From IMG/VR virus record IMGVR_UViG_3300030606_000039, positions 1-26,911 of that record: a stretch of 26,911 nt of DNA; one strand, 5' to 3'. Position 1 is the stretch's first letter. The number at the start of each line of letters is the position of its first letter. Positions 8,827 to 17,494 of this stretch are shown here, one piece after another. Source of the DNA: a virus (lineage: Duplodnaviria; Caudoviricetes). The notes under the pieces are model-generated. The model ran no database searches. It saw only the letters and a program-made list of their open reading frames with translations, and was not told the DNA's origin. The translations under genes and the position numbers were made by a program.

Positions 8827-11621
8827 TCGACTTCAGCGGCTCCGAACTCGCGCTGCTCGATGGCGCCCGCTACGGCTCGCACCTGCGCCTGCTGATCAAG
8901 GACGGTGCCGGCACGTGGCAGGACATGACGAGCTTCGCGGGCGAGGACTGGATCGATGCGGTCGAGTGGGGCGACGAGATCGACCAGTACGCGGCCCGCG
9001 GCAGCGCCACGTTCCGGAGCTCCATCGGCGCTCAGAAGCTGGCGCCCCTGCTCGCGTCGAGTGCGCTGAACGACCCGGGTGGCGGTTATGACCCGCTGCT
9101 CAATGTCGGCCGGGAGGTCCGCATCGACGTGTCGATCACGGCACCGGGCGCCGCCCCCGGCACCTGGCGCCGGGTCTTCGAGGGCTACATCGACACAACC
9201 GAGATCCGCGAACGCAGGATCCACATCACGTTCCGCAGCCGCGTCGGCCGCCTCCTCGACGCGGACACCGATCAGGACGCGATCTATCCGACATCCGGCT
9301 CCTCGGCCACGGTCGAGACCGTGATGCAGCAGCTCATCGACGAGACCGTCGGTGCGGGTGTGTTCACGCTCGTCACGCCGGTAGCGACAGGACGCACCTT
9401 CTACGCCGCGTGGGTCCAGCAGGGGAAACTGTTCGACCGGTTGCGCGCCATGGCGCTCGACATCGGCGGCTGGGACCTGCGTTACCGCTGGAACAGCTCG
9501 GCCGCGCGGTTCGACCTGATGCTCGTCGAGCCGGACCGAGCGATCACGACGCCGCAGCACACGTTCGGGGCCGATCAATATCTCGATGTGCAGGATCTCT
9601 CACTGACCATTGAGTCGGTACGGAACGTCGTCAGGGTCGAGTGGGGCGCGGGCAACTTCTTCGCGACCGAGGACACGGCCAGCATCGCGAAGTATGGGCG
9701 GCGGTTCCAGGCGTTCGCGCAGCAGGCGCCCAACCTCCGCGGCACCCTGGCAGATGCCAGCGATTTCGCCGCGGCCGTGCTCTCCGACCTGGCCGAGCCG
9801 GGAGCCGTACAACAGATCGAGCACCTGTTCTGGCCGTGCGTCGAGGTGGGCGATTTCTACCGCTGGCTCGCGAACGGCACCCATTACGACAGCGACCGGG
9901 ACTGGGCCGTCGTCGGCTACCGGCACGTGTATTCCGCGGCGCAACGGCGCACGGAGATTCGCGTCCGTGGCAAGCCGTCCGGCGCCCTCAAGAGCTGGCT
10001 GCGACTGCCGAGCAGCGCAGAGCCGCCGCTCGGCCAGATCTGGTACAACCAGTATCAGGGCGAGAACCTGCTGCTCGTGCCCGGCTTCGACGCCGGCGCC
10101 TCGAAGGTCTACACCGAGAGCTTCAGTGTTTCGAAGGCGTACATCGAGCCGGTCCTCGACACGTTCGGCCGCACGGTCTCCGGCTCGATCCAGGTCAACA
10201 GCGACGACGTGACGGACCGGTTCCGCGCGGCCGTCTGGTTCACGGACGGAGCCGACGCGCTGATCGGGTCGAAGTACCTGGGCGACTTCATGGCGCAGGC
10301 CACGGCGGGCGGCGGATCGTTCGGCCGCGTTCACAATGTGCCGGTTCCGCCGACCGCGGTGAAGATCCACGTGAGCGTCGAGCCCGTGGGCGCCGTGAAC
10401 GGCACGACCGTCACGATCTCCAGGCCGCACCTCAACGTCGGCCCGATCGCCGGCACCTACACGCCCTCGCTCGCGCTGCAGTCGGGTGTCGAGCTGTCGA
10501 ACTTCCGCGAGACGAGCGGTGCGCCGGCCGGCGACAAGCGCTACACGTGGATCCGCGGCCAGGACGTGACCACGGTCCGGGTGTGGGAGCGGACCAGCCT
10601 TCCGTGGCCGGCGGTCACCGACGCGGGTGACGCGGATCTCGCGGTCGGCACGGATCAGTACGACGTCACGATCCCGGGCGCGGGGTCCGTCTACCTGCAG
10701 TTCGCGACCATTGATTCCGCCGGGAATCTCTACCTGCAGCAACGGGTCGAGATCGTGGCACCATCGTCCGCGACGGACACACCCTCTTTCGACGGCGCGA
10801 TCCGTACGACGCTCGTCACGGGCCCGCCGGCCGCGGTCGACCTCCAGGTGTTTGTCGACGGGAACAGTGTGTCTTTCCCGCTCGACGTCGAAATCCGCCT
10901 CGAGAGCCGCACCGGCACGCTGATCGCGTCGCACACCTTCAGTGCGGCCGGCTCGATCGACAAGGTCGACTACGCGGCGCTCGGCGCTCGAGCATTCGAC
11001 GAAGAATCCTGGTGGCTGAAGATGGAGGCCGCCGATGGCACGATCATCTGGGCCGAGCGCTCCAGTCCGTACATCGATCTGTCGCGCCAGATTTACGACG
11101 AGATCACGAGCGTCTTCATCGGCGATGACCAGATCACGGCGCCGAAGATCGCGGCGAACTCCGTCCAGGCCATCCACATCGAGGCCGGCTCGATCGACAC
11201 GGCGCACCTCGCCGCGGGCGCGGTGACGGCCGCGAAGATCGACGTTACGGAACTCTCCGCGATCAGCGCCACGCTGGGAGACGTCATCGCGGGATCGATC
11301 GCGCTCCGGTTCGGCGTGGGCGATCTGAGTTTCCAGAACAACGCGGGCTCCGAGTCCTACGGTGCGATCGACACGATCTTCTTCGAATCGTCACCGATCT
11401 TCCAGTACGGGATCAGTATCGTGGGCGGCGCATCGTCGCTGAGCGTGAACGCCCGTATTGAGGTCTACAGCGGCGCCAGCAACAACACCGGCAAGATCGA
11501 AATCAGCGCCGACCTTGGCGTGGTCATCGACGGTCCGAAACTGGACGGCGTGGACGGCGAGTGGGGCGCCAACGACAGCGGAGGCACGGGGAAACGAGCA
11601 TGGGTAGCGGACAACGTGTGA
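8823..11621 (+). CDS. Tail tip hub / central fibre protein, 932 aa
   Basis: ATGA-coupled start at 8823 (MIDFSGSEL...). Hub-like N-terminus (RVFEGYID, VRNVVRV, SIAKYGRR, VEVGDF), a possible carbohydrate-binding module (ENLLLVPGFD), and ITAPKIAANSV/VTAAKIDV...LSAISATLG repeats seen in tail-tip fibres. Confidence 0.8.
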   Translation: MIDFSGSELALLDGARYGSHLRLLIKDGAGTWQDMTSFAGEDWIDAVEWGDEIDQYAARGSATFRSSIGAQKLAPLLASSALNDPGGGYDPLLNVGREVRIDVSITAPGAAPGTWRRVFEGYIDTTEIRERRIHITFRSRVGRLLDADTDQDAIYPTSGSSATVETVMQQLIDETVGAGVFTLVTPVATGRTFYAAWVQQGKLFDRLRAMALDIGGWDLRYRWNSSAARFDLMLVEPDRAITTPQHTFGADQYLDVQDLSLTIESVRNVVRVEWGAGNFFATEDTASIAKYGRRFQAFAQQAPNLRGTLADASDFAAAVLSDLAEPGAVQQIEHLFWPCVEVGDFYRWLANGTHYDSDRDWAVVGYRHVYSAAQRRTEIRVRGKPSGALKSWLRLPSSAEPPLGQIWYNQYQGENLLLVPGFDAGASKVYTESFSVSKAYIEPVLDTFGRTVSGSIQVNSDDVTDRFRAAVWFTDGADALIGSKYLGDFMAQATAGGGSFGRVHNVPVPPTAVKIHVSVEPVGAVNGTTVTISRPHLNVGPIAGTYTPSLALQSGVELSNFRETSGAPAGDKRYTWIRGQDVTTVRVWERTSLPWPAVTDAGDADLAVGTDQYDVTIPGAGSVYLQFATIDSAGNLYLQQRVEIVAPSSATDTPSFDGAIRTTLVTGPPAAVDLQVFVDGNSVSFPLDVEIRLESRTGTLIASHTFSAAGSIDKVDYAALGARAFDEESWWLKMEAADGTIIWAERSSPYIDLSRQIYDEITSVFIGDDQITAPKIAANSVQAIHIEAGSIDTAHLAAGAVTAAKIDVTELSAISATLGDVIAGSIALRFGVGDLSFQNNAGSESYGAIDTIFFESSPIFQYGISIVGGASSLSVNARIEVYSGASNNTGKIEISADLGVVIDGPKLDGVDGEWGANDSGGTGKRAWVADNV

Positions 11622-11833
11622 CACGCCGCCTCACGGAGGCGGAGATCCACCTGCTGCGACCGCACGTCGAGCGGTACGTGGCCGCGCAGCGCTCCCTCGC
11701 GGATGCCGTGCGCATTCTGGCGCCGCGCGAGATGACGGCGCCCGGGGCGACATTCGACCCCGTGCGCTACGAGATCCGCGCGGTCGCGGTGCCCGCCCGG
11801 CTCGCGCAGGCCGAAGCGAACGGGGGGCCGTAA
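11618..11833 (+). CDS. Hypothetical protein, about 71 aa (possible fibre chaperone)
   Basis: GTGA overlap with the hub stop codon. Its stop abuts the next ATG. Start is uncertain (ATG 11600 is also possible). Confidence 0.6.
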   Translation: MTRRLTEAEIHLLRPHVERYVAAQRSLADAVRILAPREMTAPGATFDPVRYEIRAVAVPARLAQAEANGGP

Positions 11834-12112
11834 ATGGCCGAGATCCTGGTAGTGGCCGTACCCGGTCGCAGCTCGCCGCGCGGGACAGTCGTAGCGATCG
11901 AGCCGGCCGGCCATGCATGGGGCCGTGAAGAGCGGCCGCCAACGTTCCGCGTCCTGCGCGTGATGGACGCGGCCCCCGACGACCTGCGCTACCTGATGCG
12001 CCGGCCGAATCTCGTGGTGGGCCGGCTGACGGAAACGCGCCTGGATCTCGATATCGTCCCGGACCGTCCAGTCACGCTCTCCGAACTCACGGCGGCGGAG
12101 CGCAAGGTCTGA
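11834..12112 (+). CDS. Hypothetical phage protein, 92 aa
   Basis: Coupled on both sides. RGTVVAIEPAGHAWGREE motif. Directly precedes the beta-helix protein. Confidence 0.7.
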   Translation: MAEILVVAVPGRSSPRGTVVAIEPAGHAWGREERPPTFRVLRVMDAAPDDLRYLMRRPNLVVGRLTETRLDLDIVPDRPVTLSELTAAERKV

Positions 12113-14634
12113 TGTCCACGACTACCACGCGGATCATCGGGTCGGGCGGAGATTACTCGACCATCTCCGCGTGGGAAGCTGCCGCGCCGGCCGACCTGAC
12201 CACGTCGATTGCGGGTGGTGAGATCTGGCGCGGCGAGTGCAAGGCGCAGGCTTTCGATGAGGATGTCACACTCGCTGGATCGACCACGGACGCGACCGGC
12301 TACAAGCACCTGACGCATCAGGACGGCGCGGGCGCGCTCGGCCGGCGTGGTGTGGGTGCGCGGATCGTGAGGACCGGAACGCGCACTGCTGGTACGAGCA
12401 TCATCACGCTGGGCGAGCCGTTCGCGGTCGTGGATGGGATCGCCATGACGTTCACCGGCACGGCCGCCGCCAGCGGCATCTGCCAGGCGTTCAGAGTCAG
12501 TGCCAGCAACTGCAAGACCGTGCGTTGTCTCGCGTACTCCATGACGTTGGCCCTGACGACCAACGCCTTCGAGGTCGACCCGAGCATCGACGCCATCATC
12601 ATCGCGAACAACATTGCGCAACAGATCACGGGGTCCACGGCGGGCCGGGGCTTTTTCATCAAAACGGGGTTTGCTGCCGGTCCACGTCTCTACACGGTGA
12701 CGGGCAACACGGCTTGGAATTGCTCGCATACCGGGCTGCACCTGGAGATCGGTACTGCGGATACTTTCCTGATCCGCAACAACATCGGGATGGGCAACGG
12801 CACGGCTGACTTCGGGTGGAGCGGTACCGGACAAGATAGCGACTTCAATTTGTCCAGCGATGCAACCGCCGATGATCGCGATCCCGGCGGCGGAAGCTCG
12901 CTCATCACTCAGGTGGCTGCGGACCAGTTCTACAGCCTGATGACCGTTTCGTCGAAGCCGACGTTGCTGCTGCTCATCAAGCCCGGCTCCGCTGCGATCG
13001 GCGCGGGCGAGGACCTGGGCACGAATCCGTGGGTCGCGACCGACATCCTGGGCCGCGACCGTGACGCGGAGGGCGATACCTGGGATATCGGTGCACACCA
13101 GCGGGTTGCGCCGGTGGTCGATGTCAAGACCGTGAAGGCGAGCGGCGGCGACTACACGACCATTTCGGCTGCGATCGCCGCGATCCCGGGCGACCTGCTG
13201 CACGCGGGCATCATCCGCAAGATCGAGATCGACGCGGGCACCTACGACGAGGACGTGATCCTCGTCGATGGCACCGTGCTGGCCGACCTGGAGCACTACG
13301 TCTGGGTCACGACCGCGGCGGGCAGTGAGCACTACGGGATGGTCGGCGCGGGCGTGGTCATCGACCCGAGCTTCGCCATCACGGCCGGCGACGACATGAC
13401 GCATTGGGGTGCGCCGTACACGCTCGTTGAGTGGCTGGAGATTACGTACTCGGGCACGCCGGACACGAGCGGCGGGTCGAGCAGTGGCGCAAAGACGAAT
13501 TCGCACCACGTGACGTATCGCTGGTTGATGTCCCACGACATCAACCACGCCGCCAACATGACCGGCATGTCCGCCAATGCCTGCGGGGATTGTCACATCG
13601 AGAACTGCTTGGCGTGGAACATCGACGGCGGCAACGCGACGTTCGGCGAGATCACGGGCATGAAGCTGGACCCCGGGGGCGAGGTCGGTTACCCAAGCCG
13701 CATCCGCAACTGCGCGGTTTGGGACATCGGCAACGCTTCCGGATCGGCTGCGAGCGGTTGGGGCTACCGTTTGCTCGGCGGCGGCGGGATCGTCGCGGAG
13801 AATCTCATCGCGATGGACTGCAAGGATCTCGACTTCCAGTTCGCGGGCACGGCTGCCAACATCGTCAGTCGCAACTGCCTGAGTAGCGACGCCACGGCCG
13901 ACGACAACCATTCGAACGACGGCAACGGCGCGACGCACGTCATCAATCAGACGGCCGCCGACGTATTCGTCAGCCTGTCCGGCTCGATCGACCTGCACTT
14001 GAAGGCCGCGTCACCGGCGATCGGTGTCGGTGAGGATCTCGGCGCTGGCCAGCACGCGATCGACATCGACGGCTTCGACCGGGATGCGGCCGCAGTCACG
14101 TGGGATATCGGTGCCGACCAGTTCCAGGCGGCGGCAGGCGGCTCGCCGGGGACAGGGCTGGTTGTGATCGCCGGCTTCGCGCCGACTGTCACGGGGGGCG
14201 GCGCTGGCCCGGGTCTGGCCACACCCGGCACGGGCGCAGTCGCCATCGTCGGATTCCGGCCGACCGTGGGTGCGGGATCCGCGACCGCGTTTCTCGTGCT
14301 GAACGGGATCGCGCAGCTCGTGCTCGAGCCCGAGTTCGAGGAGGAGGACCCGCATCTGATCGGCGATGAGTCGCGGTCTGCATCGGGATCCTTGCGGGCG
14401 GCGGTGTCGAACGAGAAGCGACGCTTCCGGTGCACGCTGTTCGATATGAGCGAGCCCGACTTCGCGGCATTGAAAGCGATGGCCGCGCTCGGCGCACCGG
14501 TCACAATGACGGGCGCTTGCGTCGCCGGCGCGCTGCTCAATGCCCGGATGACTGTACGGGGATCGTACGTGGTAGACCCGTCCGATCCGGCCGACTTCCT
14601 GATCCGACCACGAGTCGAGCTCGTGGAAATGTAG
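12112..14634 (+). CDS. Tail appendage protein, 840 aa: two tandem beta-helix (pectin-lyase-like) domains, two 24-aa fibre repeats and a C-terminal Dit-like domain
   Basis: Duplicated motifs GGDY(S/T)TISA, LSSDATADD, AIG(A/V)GEDLG and WDIGA(H/D)Q, about 340 aa apart. Asn/Cys-ladder character. C-terminal 114 aa resembles distal tail proteins. Confidence 0.7.
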   Translation: MSTTTTRIIGSGGDYSTISAWEAAAPADLTTSIAGGEIWRGECKAQAFDEDVTLAGSTTDATGYKHLTHQDGAGALGRRGVGARIVRTGTRTAGTSIITLGEPFAVVDGIAMTFTGTAAASGICQAFRVSASNCKTVRCLAYSMTLALTTNAFEVDPSIDAIIIANNIAQQITGSTAGRGFFIKTGFAAGPRLYTVTGNTAWNCSHTGLHLEIGTADTFLIRNNIGMGNGTADFGWSGTGQDSDFNLSSDATADDRDPGGGSSLITQVAADQFYSLMTVSSKPTLLLLIKPGSAAIGAGEDLGTNPWVATDILGRDRDAEGDTWDIGAHQRVAPVVDVKTVKASGGDYTTISAAIAAIPGDLLHAGIIRKIEIDAGTYDEDVILVDGTVLADLEHYVWVTTAAGSEHYGMVGAGVVIDPSFAITAGDDMTHWGAPYTLVEWLEITYSGTPDTSGGSSSGAKTNSHHVTYRWLMSHDINHAANMTGMSANACGDCHIENCLAWNIDGGNATFGEITGMKLDPGGEVGYPSRIRNCAVWDIGNASGSAASGWGYRLLGGGGIVAENLIAMDCKDLDFQFAGTAANIVSRNCLSSDATADDNHSNDGNGATHVINQTAADVFVSLSGSIDLHLKAASPAIGVGEDLGAGQHAIDIDGFDRDAAAVTWDIGADQFQAAAGGSPGTGLVVIAGFAPTVTGGGAGPGLATPGTGAVAIVGFRPTVGAGSATAFLVLNGIAQLVLEPEFEEEDPHLIGDESRSASGSLRAAVSNEKRRFRCTLFDMSEPDFAALKAMAALGAPVTMTGACVAGALLNARMTVRGSYVVDPSDPADFLIRPRVELVEM
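14146..14268 (+). repeat. Two copies of the PGxGxVxIxGFAPTV coding repeat in the 840-aa protein
   Basis: PGTGLVVIAGFAPTVT and PGTGAVAIVGFRPTVG. Confidence 0.9.
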
Positions 14635-14659
14635 ACCACCCGCAGAACGGAGAACTGAG

Positions 14660-15130
14660 ATGGCTGCCGGAAAGTTCAAAATGTACGAGGAGTTCCTCGA
14701 GGCCGTTCAGCGGGGTGAGTACGACCTCGATCCGACCGGCACGTACAAGGTCGCGCTGTTCCTGTCGACGAGCAACGCGAACACGCTCTCGACAGCGAAG
14801 GTGCTGGCCGACCTCACGAACCAGCACGCGAACGCGAACGGCTACACGTCGGGCGGTGTGACCGTCGCCGCCACGCTGGTCCAGAGCGGCGCTGTCACAA
14901 CGTTCGACTCCGCCGACGCGCAGTGGACGGCGTCGGGCGGGTCGATCACGGCCCGGTTCGCCGTCGTCTACCGCGTCGGCACCTTCGGCGCGTTCACCGA
15001 CCCGCTCATCGGCGTGACCCTGCTGGACACGACGCCGGCGGATGTCACGGCCACGGACACGAACAACTTCACGGTGCAGATGAACGCGAGCGGAATCTTC
15101 GCGTACACGGCACCGTCGTCGGACGCCTGA
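14660..15130 (+). CDS. Conserved small virion structural/fibre subunit, 156 aa
   Basis: GGAG SD and strongly GC3-biased codons like the capsid and tube genes. Motifs YKVALF, NGYTSGG, FDSADAQWTASGGSITARFAVVY and FTVQMNASGIF match a widespread phage structural family that I recognise by eye. Confidence 0.75.
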   Translation: MAAGKFKMYEEFLEAVQRGEYDLDPTGTYKVALFLSTSNANTLSTAKVLADLTNQHANANGYTSGGVTVAATLVQSGAVTTFDSADAQWTASGGSITARFAVVYRVGTFGAFTDPLIGVTLLDTTPADVTATDTNNFTVQMNASGIFAYTAPSSDA

Positions 15131-15141
15131 TCGGGTAGCCG

Positions 15142-17493
15142 GTGGAGAACTGGTACTTCCGTTCGGGCACGGGCGCCGCCTGCGGTCCCGGTACGCGTCG
15201 ACCACTGGAGTCGACCGCCGGGGCCAGTGCGGCCACCGAAGACATCACGACCGAACACACGTGGAACCGCGTCGAGACGGCGACGCGCACGATCGGTACG
15301 GGCGACTGGTCCGTCTCGATCGACGTGACGACGGGCGCGGGCACCGGCCCGCAGAACCGGGTCACGGCCGTCGTCGAACGGCGTGACAGCTCGTGCGTCG
15401 TGCAGGAAACTCTGCTCAATGTGCAGTCCGGCAACCTCACGGCCGACTCGACGCAGGAAGTCACGCTCACGGCGACGGGCGTCCCGCAGGTCGACTTCGC
15501 GGCGGACGACATCCTGACCGTCCGCGTCGTGCGCTCGCAGGGATCGCGCTCGCAGGTCGTCCGCTTCAATGATGCCGCGGACACGGATGCGGACTCGCGG
15601 CTCACCACACCGGATGAGGTAGCCGGCGGCGGCTCGGCCCTGGTCACGCCGGGGCTCGGGCTCGTCGCGATCGCGGCATTCGCTGCGATAGTCTCCGTCA
15701 CGAATCACCAGACGGTGCAGCCCGGCGTTGGCGCAGTAGCTATCGAGAGTTTCGCGCCGACCGTCACCGTCACCGATCACCAGACTGTCACGCCGGGCGT
15801 GGGTGCTGTAGCCATCACGGGATTCGCGCCCACTGTCACCGCGGGTAGCGGCGCGGGAATATTCGACGACTTCAACGATGACTCGCTGGACACGAGCCTG
15901 TGGACGGCCACCTCCGGCACGGTGGCCGAAACGGGTGGCCAGCTCGAGATCACGGATACCGGCGCGGGGATTGGTGCCTGCGACACCGACCTGGACTACA
16001 GCGTCGCGATCGACACACCGCTGGCCGGTCAGTGGTGGATGCTGAAGGTCGTCCAGCTTCCGTCAGCGACGGACGGTCATTTCGCTCGGCTTCGCCTGGC
16101 TCGTACGGGGGGCGAGGCGGAGATCATAGCCTCTATCAGCCGCGTTAGCGGTGCGTGGAAGTTTGAACTCTTATTCCGGCCGTCCGGCGGTCCCCCCGTC
16201 ACGCAGAACAGCGTATCGCACAACGGCGATGAGTGGCTCGCGGTTCGCCGGAATCCGAGCACCGGCGATGTCGAGATGGGCAGTTCGCCGGACGGCAGGC
16301 TGAGCACCATCAACATCCATTACACGGACGCCAATTGGGGGGCGACGCTCGAAACGGGATGGCGCGCGTCGATCAGTGCCGGAGTCGGCGGAGTCGGTAG
16401 CAGCGCAACGGCCATTTTCGATGATTTCAACGTCGCGACGGCGGAAGCGGGCGGCGTAACCGTAGAACCCGGCCTCGGTGCGGTCGCGATTGCCGGCCTT
16501 GCTCCCACGGTCACGGCGTCCGATCACCAGACCGCTACACCCGGACTCGGCGCCGTCGTGATCGACGGCTTCGCGCCCACGATCGCGATATCGGACCACC
16601 AGACGGTCGAGCCGGGCTCGGGAGCGGTTGCAGTCGATGGCTTCGCCCCGGTCGTCACAGTATCCGATCACCAGACGGTGTTGCCGGGCACCGGCGAAGT
16701 AGCGATCAACGGCTTCGCTCCCACTGTAGCGGTCACCGGACACCAGGTCGTGCAACCCGGTCTCGGCGTGATCGCCATCGCAGGCCACGCGCCGACCGTC
16801 CAGACGACGGCCGATGTGACCGTGGAGCCGGGCACCGGTGCGGTCCCTGTGGAGGGCTTCGCGCCGACACTCGCCATCACCGATCACCAGGTGGTGCAGC
16901 CGGGGACAGGCCAGGCCGTAATCGTCGGAGCGGCGCCGGTCGTGTCCGCGACGGACCACCAGCTAGTGACGCCGGGGCTCGGCGAGGTCGTCATCGCCGG
17001 GTTTGCGCCGGTCGTATCGATCTCGGCCGATGTCACAGTGCAGCCGGGGACGGGGGCCGTGTCCGTCAACGGCTTCGCGCCCGCCGTCACGGTGAGCGAG
17101 CACCAGACCGTAGAACCGGGGACGGGCGAAGTAGCGATCGCGGGATTCGCACCCGACGTGACGGCGTCTGACCATCAGACGGTGGAGCCCGGTGCCGGCG
17201 ACGTCGCGATCGATTCATTCGCGCCGACGGTCCGTCTGGATGTGTTCGCTCGGCCCGGACCCGGCTCCATCGCTGTCGAGGGGTTCGCGCCGGCCGTGAC
17301 GGGCGGCGGTTCCGTCGTCGTGATTCCGGGACTCGGCGTCGTCACCATAGCGGGCTTCGCGCCGCTCGCGTTCTCGGTGCCGCCGCGGCCGTCCGAGAAG
17401 GACATAGTCAGAGCGATCGCGACCCCACGCATCATCCGGGCGGTCGCGACCCCGCGCGAAGTAAGAGCGCTCGCGCTGCCAAGGGAGGTTTGA
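15142..17493 (+). CDS. Long repeat-rich fibre protein with globular tip domains, 783 aa
   Basis: N-terminal beta domain, 3 + 13 copies of a 24-aa repeat, an inserted ConA/LamG-like domain bounded by IFDDFN, and a C-terminal 3 x 9-aa repeat. GTG start (in-frame TAG at 15136). Confidence 0.8.
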   Translation: MENWYFRSGTGAACGPGTRRPLESTAGASAATEDITTEHTWNRVETATRTIGTGDWSVSIDVTTGAGTGPQNRVTAVVERRDSSCVVQETLLNVQSGNLTADSTQEVTLTATGVPQVDFAADDILTVRVVRSQGSRSQVVRFNDAADTDADSRLTTPDEVAGGGSALVTPGLGLVAIAAFAAIVSVTNHQTVQPGVGAVAIESFAPTVTVTDHQTVTPGVGAVAITGFAPTVTAGSGAGIFDDFNDDSLDTSLWTATSGTVAETGGQLEITDTGAGIGACDTDLDYSVAIDTPLAGQWWMLKVVQLPSATDGHFARLRLARTGGEAEIIASISRVSGAWKFELLFRPSGGPPVTQNSVSHNGDEWLAVRRNPSTGDVEMGSSPDGRLSTINIHYTDANWGATLETGWRASISAGVGGVGSSATAIFDDFNVATAEAGGVTVEPGLGAVAIAGLAPTVTASDHQTATPGLGAVVIDGFAPTIAISDHQTVEPGSGAVAVDGFAPVVTVSDHQTVLPGTGEVAINGFAPTVAVTGHQVVQPGLGVIAIAGHAPTVQTTADVTVEPGTGAVPVEGFAPTLAITDHQVVQPGTGQAVIVGAAPVVSATDHQLVTPGLGEVVIAGFAPVVSISADVTVQPGTGAVSVNGFAPAVTVSEHQTVEPGTGEVAIAGFAPDVTASDHQTVEPGAGDVAIDSFAPTVRLDVFARPGPGSIAVEGFAPAVTGGGSVVVIPGLGVVTIAGFAPLAFSVPPRPSEKDIVRAIATPRIIRAVATPREVRALALPREV
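15649..15840 (+). repeat. Coding tandem repeat block 1 (3 x 24 aa / 72 nt)
   Basis: PGLGLVAIAAFAA, PGVGAVAIESFAP and PGVGAVAITGFAP at 72-nt spacing. Confidence 0.92.
16468..17364 (+). repeat. Coding tandem repeat block 2 (13 x about 24 aa)
   Basis: Consensus PG(T/L)G(A/E)V(A/V)IxGFAP(T/V)V(T/S)x(S/T)DHQ(T/V)Vx, counted by hand. One unit is 22 aa. Confidence 0.92.
17404..17484 (+). repeat. C-terminal 3 x 9-aa (27-nt) repeat
   Basis: IVRAIATPR / IIRAVATPR / EVRALALPR. Confidence 0.9.
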
Positions 17494-17494
17494 G

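Noticed and set aside
6400-13998. Long minus-strand ORFs (6400-8454, 6642-7946, 7956-9578, 9600-11207, 11989-13998)
   Set aside because: Antisense shadows of strongly GC3-biased real genes, with low-information Arg/Ala/Ser-rich translations and no recognisable motifs.
15649-17364. 72-nt periodicity as a possible CRISPR array
   Set aside because: Conservation is at the amino-acid level with synonymous variation. There are no invariant repeats with unique spacers and no cas genes.
12112-17493. Diversity-generating retroelement or invertible tail-fibre cassette
   Set aside because: No reverse transcriptase or invertase in the window, and by eye no near-identical pair of about 100 nt differing only at adenines. 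A TR/RT outside the window cannot be excluded.
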